DNA from: a virus
Taxonomy: Duplodnaviria; Caudoviricetes
DNA: 59,482 nucleotides
Reading direction: 5' to 3' (one strand)
Virus record (IMG/VR): IMGVR_UViG_3300042549_002361
Span: 1-59,482 of that record
The position numbers were made by a program, and so were the translations under genes. Below the pieces are notes generated by a model that was not told the DNA's origin, searched no databases, and saw nothing but the letters and a program-made list of their open reading frames with translations. Position 1 is the stretch's first letter. The number at the start of each line of letters is the position of its first letter. Of the stretch, positions 54,648-59,482 are shown piece after piece.

Positions 54648-57600
54648 TTAAATTCCGTGGATGAATTTCATTAAGCTTTCAGTATTAGCATAGTCTGCGT
54701 TAGCAACGTCTGCCAAGCTAAGTGCAGTGTTTGCGCCTGCATTAAGTGTAGGAATTTCTAAGGTTACTGTTACGTTACCGTTTAGGACTGGCGCAATATT
54801 TTCATCAAGCGGATCGATATCAAATGCATGATAATCCCACATACCATCTTGCATAAAGAGGTCATCTTCTACAGTAATTGTGTTGTTGGCCCCGTCAATA
54901 TCCTTGATGTAGAAGAATGTAACATTACTTGCATATGATACTGTATAGCTCGTGCCTTCTGCTGTTAGCAAGTTACCATTAGCAGTAATAGCTACTGTCT
55001 CGCCCTGATTTAGTAGAGCGATGGTATTTGCAGCAGTTGTAAGTGTTAACTGATTTGCACCTACAGTAGCATTAGCTGAAGAAACTGCCATGTTTGCTCT
55101 TGCAAACGAATTTGCATTTCCGGTTTCTGCATATGCAACATTAGCATAAGCTACAGTAGAAACATTGTATGTTTCATATGTGTAGAATTCTGATCCAACT
55201 TCTAACCAAACTGCACGGTTTGTATCTAGTCTGTTAAATGTTTCTTCTTCAGATCCTTCTACTACAGTAATCGTTACATCATTATTGTAAATGTCTTTGA
55301 TTAAGTGATCCTGTACACTAGTACCTACACTACCTCTGGTTAGTTGGCTAAATGTGTTTCCATCTTTACGCTCATACAGCACACGCTCAGTGCCTACCCA
55401 AATTACACCTGGATCGCCCGGGCGTGGTGTCTGGAATACGCTTGCATCATCAACTGTAATTTCAGTTGAATATGTGTAAACGTTTGATGTTACTGTTGCA
55501 GTTTTATTAGATGAAATTCTAATAAACTCGGTATCACCAAACAAGTTCTGATGCATTCGGTATTGTACTGCAACTGCACTTGGTGTTACAGGAGTTGTGC
55601 TAGTGTTGCCGCTAGCATAAGGGCTAGTGTAAACATCTATGATTAGACTTTCTAACGGATCAAGCATTACCATTTCTTCTGGGCGTTCTTCACCGTATAG
55701 AATCTTCTTAAATGTTGCACCGTCAAAACCTTCGTAGGTTTCGTTGTTGCGTCTTAGTGTGATATTGCCCTGTGTTAGTTCACTAAAGATACCTTCGTAG
55801 TTAGTTACTTCAACACTTCGATCAAACCCATATGCATCCCACGCATCAGTGTCCCAACCAAAGTTAGTTAAGAATGTAGTTGTTGGATCTAGGCCGTACA
55901 CTACTTTGCTAAACACATTAGCATCAATAGTTTCGCCTCTCCATCCGCCACCAACTTTTTCTTTTACAAGATTTAATGTAACAGCTAAGTTACCTGAATT
56001 GATAATGTCATACAATACCGTAGCATTAGTTGTAATGCTGGTATTAGAGCCGGCTGTAATATCATTATAATGAGTGCTTACTTCAGCAGCAAATGCAAAT
56101 CTAACTTCTGAGTCAAACTTAAATATTCTGTCAATTGCTCTCATTTGAACATTAGCAGTAATCTGTGCTTCTGTCATTTGGTTCAAATTAGCAATGTTTC
56201 TAGCAATACTTAAATTAATTGGTGTTGTGCTTGCATTATGACCAAACTGTGTTAGCTGATAGTTTGTTCGATCAAATACTAATGTAGTATTATTGTGTCT
56301 AAATACACTATCACCTTTGTTTGTAATGCTAAAGTAATTACTATAAGCATTGTCAAAGAACATGATGTTAGCATCATTTTGACTAAAGTCATCTAGTACA
56401 CGTACAACGCCTAGCTCGCGATCGATATATGGTGGTTTATCAAAGTCACTAACCATTGTTGCACCAATAGTTTCAATTGGTGGTCGCTTCCCGTCTCTGT
56501 ATTCACGAATCTTAGCACTGAACGGTTTAACTTCGTTCATGTATTCAATAATACGAGCAAAATTATCTGGTCTAAATCCAACTGTAGGAATTAAATCTTC
56601 CTCGTCTTTCTCAATATATAGATAAGAAGTTTTGAATGCCCAACTTAACTGAGGTTGTTCAGTGTATGCATATTTTAACATTTCAAAGAACACTTTATTC
56701 CATAGCCCGATATCGTTAAAGATCGGATTTCTTAGGATGTTTAGTAAGATACGCAATTCGTATGCAACTGTGCCTGGACGGCCAGCTGTTATTATTGTTG
56801 GTTTAATTTGTAACGTTTCATTTTTAATGCTAATTAGTTTGAAATTATTTTCCGATGCAACATAGATCCAAAGTTGAGGTCTATCAGAAGTTGCAGACTT
56901 AACTTGTATAACTGCCCCGTCTGGTAAATTCTTTAGTGTGTATAATTCACCAACACTACCAACATTGAACACAGGCTTGTAACTGTTATCATATCTAATT
57001 TTAGTGTTGCGATAAGTGTCTACTCTTTCAACTTCGTACCAATTTACACGTTCTAAATAAGTTAGTGTGTCAGGCAATGTTGCATCCCAACTTGAATATT
57101 GAGTCTCAAGTTTCAAATCTCGTAATAATTCATTTACCACTGATCGGAATGTTCTACGAGCTGCCTTAACATCATTAAACAGTGTTTGTCTTGGTCGGAA
57201 GGCGATGCCGTATTTTTCAACTTCGCTTAAGGTTGGATCAGGTACCTGCTGGCCTATAGCATTTTCGCCGCATAAACTATCAATTAGTTTTTCGCTGATG
57301 TGTTCTGGTATAATACTATTATTGTCGTTTTCGCGAACCAATTTCCATGCGGTATGTTTAATACCATCACTGGTAGTATTTCTAGAAACATTGATCTGTA
57401 TTACATTTTCTTCTTTCATATGCTGTGAAACATTATGTAGTACAAAGCTCTCATCGCTAATAAAGCTAGCCATTGTTAAACCATAGCCAACTGGATTAGC
57501 AATATAACGTGCAATTGTTTCAGTGTCAAACTGGCGGCCTAAGCTACGTGTAGCTCTGCCGTCAACTATAGTTCTATTTTGTACCCAATAATAGTAGTAA

Positions 57601-59482
57601 GTTACATACTTGCTTGTTTCAGGATCAATTCGTCTTTCAGCAATATACTTGTCCGGCCAGCGCGGTGTTCCGTTACCGTTCCAGTTCTGCGGAAGTGCCT
57701 TACTTTCAACCCACTCACAAATAGTGACTGCACTGCCTGGGAAAGTGCGACCCCAGTTAACCCAACGCTCGCGGTTTGAACCCTGCTCGTACCACATGTA
57801 CTTGATAGTGCTAGTGTCCCACCATACCTTACCAACATTATTAACACCAAATCGTGTGCGAGCATTATTATAGTTTACCGGATCGTTTTCAGCAATATAA
57901 TGAATTTCATTTTGAATGAATCCAGGTAGTACACCTTTAAACGGATCCCATAGATCAAACTGCACAGTCTTGTTACCAGTATCCGGATCATACATTAGTG
58001 CGTTCTTAACATAGTTGGTATCGACCATAGGGGTCTGCCAACGTTGTGGTGTGCCGTTTTCCAAATATGCCCAGCCACCTGGTGTAAAATCAGGCATTGA
58101 GATATTAGCCGGATCTAAGTTAACGTATTGGTCAATCCAAACATTAGCTAATTCATCTCCGTCTTGTTCCAGATCTGATAGATAAATTTTATTTTCATTG
58201 TAGTCAGATACATTGTTATAGCGTTGACTTTCGAACACAAACACATTTACATTTTGATTTTTTTGTCCTTGTAGTGTTACTGTGTTTCCAAAAATATTTC
58301 TAATGTCATACTTATAGTATTCTCTTACATATGTTATGCCACCATCTGCTCCAAACCCTGTGTTTTGTAGTTCAGGATTTAATCTAGTTGATACATATTT
58401 CTCTGGATCAGGGATAATTGGTCCGTCAGTTTTAATTGAGTCAACACACAATAGTGAAAGAATAGTTGGGGGTGCTGCTTGAGCTGCAAGAGCTTCAGTG
58501 GTTGTGTATTTTGCAATGTCTTCTTGCGACAGCAGACCGAATGGTCCTGATTCGTATAGATTTTCGTATTCCTTAGCCAGCTGGCTGTCGGATAAGTTTG
58601 GCTCTACAAATTCTGCTTCAATACACAACATTCCAACATTATAGTCACCGATCTCGATTCCTAATTTTTCTGGGAACCCAGGTGTGTTTGTGTCAATATT
58701 AATACTAGGATAACTTGTTACTAGATTCAATTTGCCAACACCCGGGGCTGCAGGAATTGGTCTAAATGCGATGTCTTCAGGTAGGTAGCCAGCGCCTGCG
58801 AGTGCGTTGTTTAATGCATCAGCAAGTGTTTTGGGTACATCAATTTCGACTACCTGATCAGGTAATCCAAGATCTTCTTTAGCACGGCCTTTTTCTGAGC
58901 AATCAGGAACGTCGTCTGCGGTTAAGAATACGCGAGCACCAGTACCGCCTGCAACACGTAATGGTGTTGCATAATTTCCAAAATCAGGATCCAACGGATC
59001 AATTACTATAGCATATTGTTTAGCTAGACGTTGGCCGCCAATATCGATAGAAGTTTGCGGATCGTATGCGCCTGGTGAACCAGTATATGGTGCCCATGTC
59101 TTTGACACAGCATCGTATTTAAATTCTGGATATTGTATAGATTGTCTAGTTCCGTCGGATTTTTTAATAATATTAGGATGCTTACCGTTTATGAATGGTG
59201 GTACTGAATTATTTCCAGTACCACCATACTCAGGATGGTTTTGACCATATGGAGTATTATTTGAGTCCGAAGGATCTGCTATGCCTAGATTATTACTGTT
59301 AGCAAAGGCTGGTAGACCTAACAAGTCATAGTCATATTCTAGTGGAATACCTTGTGTCAAATCTGCCGGGAACACTTTGTACAAGCCTCTGTCAATAACA
59401 CGTAGACTTGTAATAGCACCGTTGTCGTCGACGCCAGTTACAATAAATTTAGCAACACGCAGTGGTCCTGCTAGTGACTTGT
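54648..59482 (-). CDS. Very large virion structural (baseplate wedge-like) protein, 5'-truncated
   Basis: Frame stays open past the window end (KSLAGPLRVAKF...); DP.KG, VGKVWWD, EWVES..P, YYYWV, YGI.FRPRQ, WAFKTS, EVKPF..KIRE motifs. Confidence 0.75.
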   Translation of the reverse strand, partial: KSLAGPLRVAKFIVTGVDDNGAITSLRVIDRGLYKVFPADLTQGIPLEYDYDLLGLPAFANSNNLGIADPSDSNNTPYGQNHPEYGGTGNNSVPPFINGKHPNIIKKSDGTRQSIQYPEFKYDAVSKTWAPYTGSPGAYDPQTSIDIGGQRLAKQYAIVIDPLDPDFGNYATPLRVAGGTGARVFLTADDVPDCSEKGRAKEDLGLPDQVVEIDVPKTLADALNNALAGAGYLPEDIAFRPIPAAPGVGKLNLVTSYPSINIDTNTPGFPEKLGIEIGDYNVGMLCIEAEFVEPNLSDSQLAKEYENLYESGPFGLLSQEDIAKYTTTEALAAQAAPPTILSLLCVDSIKTDGPIIPDPEKYVSTRLNPELQNTGFGADGGITYVREYYKYDIRNIFGNTVTLQGQKNQNVNVFVFESQRYNNVSDYNENKIYLSDLEQDGDELANVWIDQYVNLDPANISMPDFTPGGWAYLENGTPQRWQTPMVDTNYVKNALMYDPDTGNKTVQFDLWDPFKGVLPGFIQNEIHYIAENDPVNYNNARTRFGVNNVGKVWWDTSTIKYMWYEQGSNRERWVNWGRTFPGSAVTICEWVESKALPQNWNGNGTPRWPDKYIAERRIDPETSKYVTYYYYWVQNRTIVDGRATRSLGRQFDTETIARYIANPVGYGLTMASFISDESFVLHNVSQHMKEENVIQINVSRNTTSDGIKHTAWKLVRENDNNSIIPEHISEKLIDSLCGENAIGQQVPDPTLSEVEKYGIAFRPRQTLFNDVKAARRTFRSVVNELLRDLKLETQYSSWDATLPDTLTYLERVNWYEVERVDTYRNTKIRYDNSYKPVFNVGSVGELYTLKNLPDGAVIQVKSATSDRPQLWIYVASENNFKLISIKNETLQIKPTIITAGRPGTVAYELRILLNILRNPIFNDIGLWNKVFFEMLKYAYTEQPQLSWAFKTSYLYIEKDEEDLIPTVGFRPDNFARIIEYMNEVKPFSAKIREYRDGKRPPIETIGATMVSDFDKPPYIDRELGVVRVLDDFSQNDANIMFFDNAYSNYFSITNKGDSVFRHNNTTLVFDRTNYQLTQFGHNASTTPINLSIARNIANLNQMTEAQITANVQMRAIDRIFKFDSEVRFAFAAEVSTHYNDITAGSNTSITTNATVLYDIINSGNLAVTLNLVKEKVGGGWRGETIDANVFSKVVYGLDPTTTFLTNFGWDTDAWDAYGFDRSVEVTNYEGIFSELTQGNITLRRNNETYEGFDGATFKKILYGEERPEEMVMLDPLESLIIDVYTSPYASGNTSTTPVTPSAVAVQYRMHQNLFGDTEFIRISSNKTATVTSNVYTYSTEITVDDASVFQTPRPGDPGVIWVGTERVLYERKDGNTFSQLTRGSVGTSVQDHLIKDIYNNDVTITVVEGSEEETFNRLDTNRAVWLEVGSEFYTYETYNVSTVAYANVAYAETGNANSFARANMAVSSANATVGANQLTLTTAANTIALLNQGETVAITANGNLLTAEGTSYTVSYASNVTFFYIKDIDGANNTITVEDDLFMQDGMWDYHAFDIDPLDENIAPVLNGNVTVTLEIPTLNAGANTALSLADVANADYANTESLMKFIHGI

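Noticed and set aside
5323-57873. Many 60-150 aa antisense or out-of-frame ORFs in the track (e.g. 5323-5601, 8753-9172, 17177-17638, 22284-22646, 50907-51188, 51742-52041)
   Set aside because: They lie within well-supported genes on the other strand or frame and lack RBSs or motifs; shadow ORFs
1-59482. CRISPR array, tRNA, rRNA, integrase or transposase
   Set aside because: No regularly spaced repeats, cloverleaf or recombinase motifs seen; intergenic gaps are short. Checked by eye only, so a tRNAscan/Infernal run is still advisable
1-59482. Stop-codon reassignment
   Set aside because: Long genes are intact in the standard code and TAA, TGA and TAG all terminate genes, with high coding density

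Overview
Gene-dense, AT-rich, standard-code fragment of a large tailed (T4-like/jumbo) bacteriophage genome, probably infecting a proteobacterium (sigma70 promoters, IHF-consensus sites, lipoboxes). The + strand block (1-21558) carries a 7-deazaguanine pathway (FolE, QueE, a QueD-like T-fold protein with an LxxxHRHxF motif) interleaved with a GT-B glycosyltransferase, GalE and a phosphoribosyltransferase. It also has T4-type RNase H, an HNH nuclease, a winged-helix protein, a deaminase, a MoxR/vWA-metallopeptidase pair and an FG-GAP lipoprotein. The - strand block (21565-59482) runs from virion/tail structural genes into a ~29 kb tailoring cluster: 8 paralogous radical SAM enzymes with an N-terminal twitch-like domain, a carbamoyltransferase, several glycosyltransferase-like proteins (one with 10 tandem domains), UDP-glucose dehydrogenase, a sulfotransferase, methyltransferases, SGNH-like proteins, a NeuB-like protein and a class II aldolase, with T4-late-like TAAATA promoter motifs. 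The best candidate new systems are (i) a late-expressed virion glycan hyper-modification pathway, (ii) a glycosylated 7-deazaguanine DNA modification, and (iii) structured 3'-UTR RNAs that expose anti-Shine-Dalgarno sequences. All calls come from motif reading by eye; no database searches or folding programs were run. No tRNA, rRNA or CRISPR array was seen.
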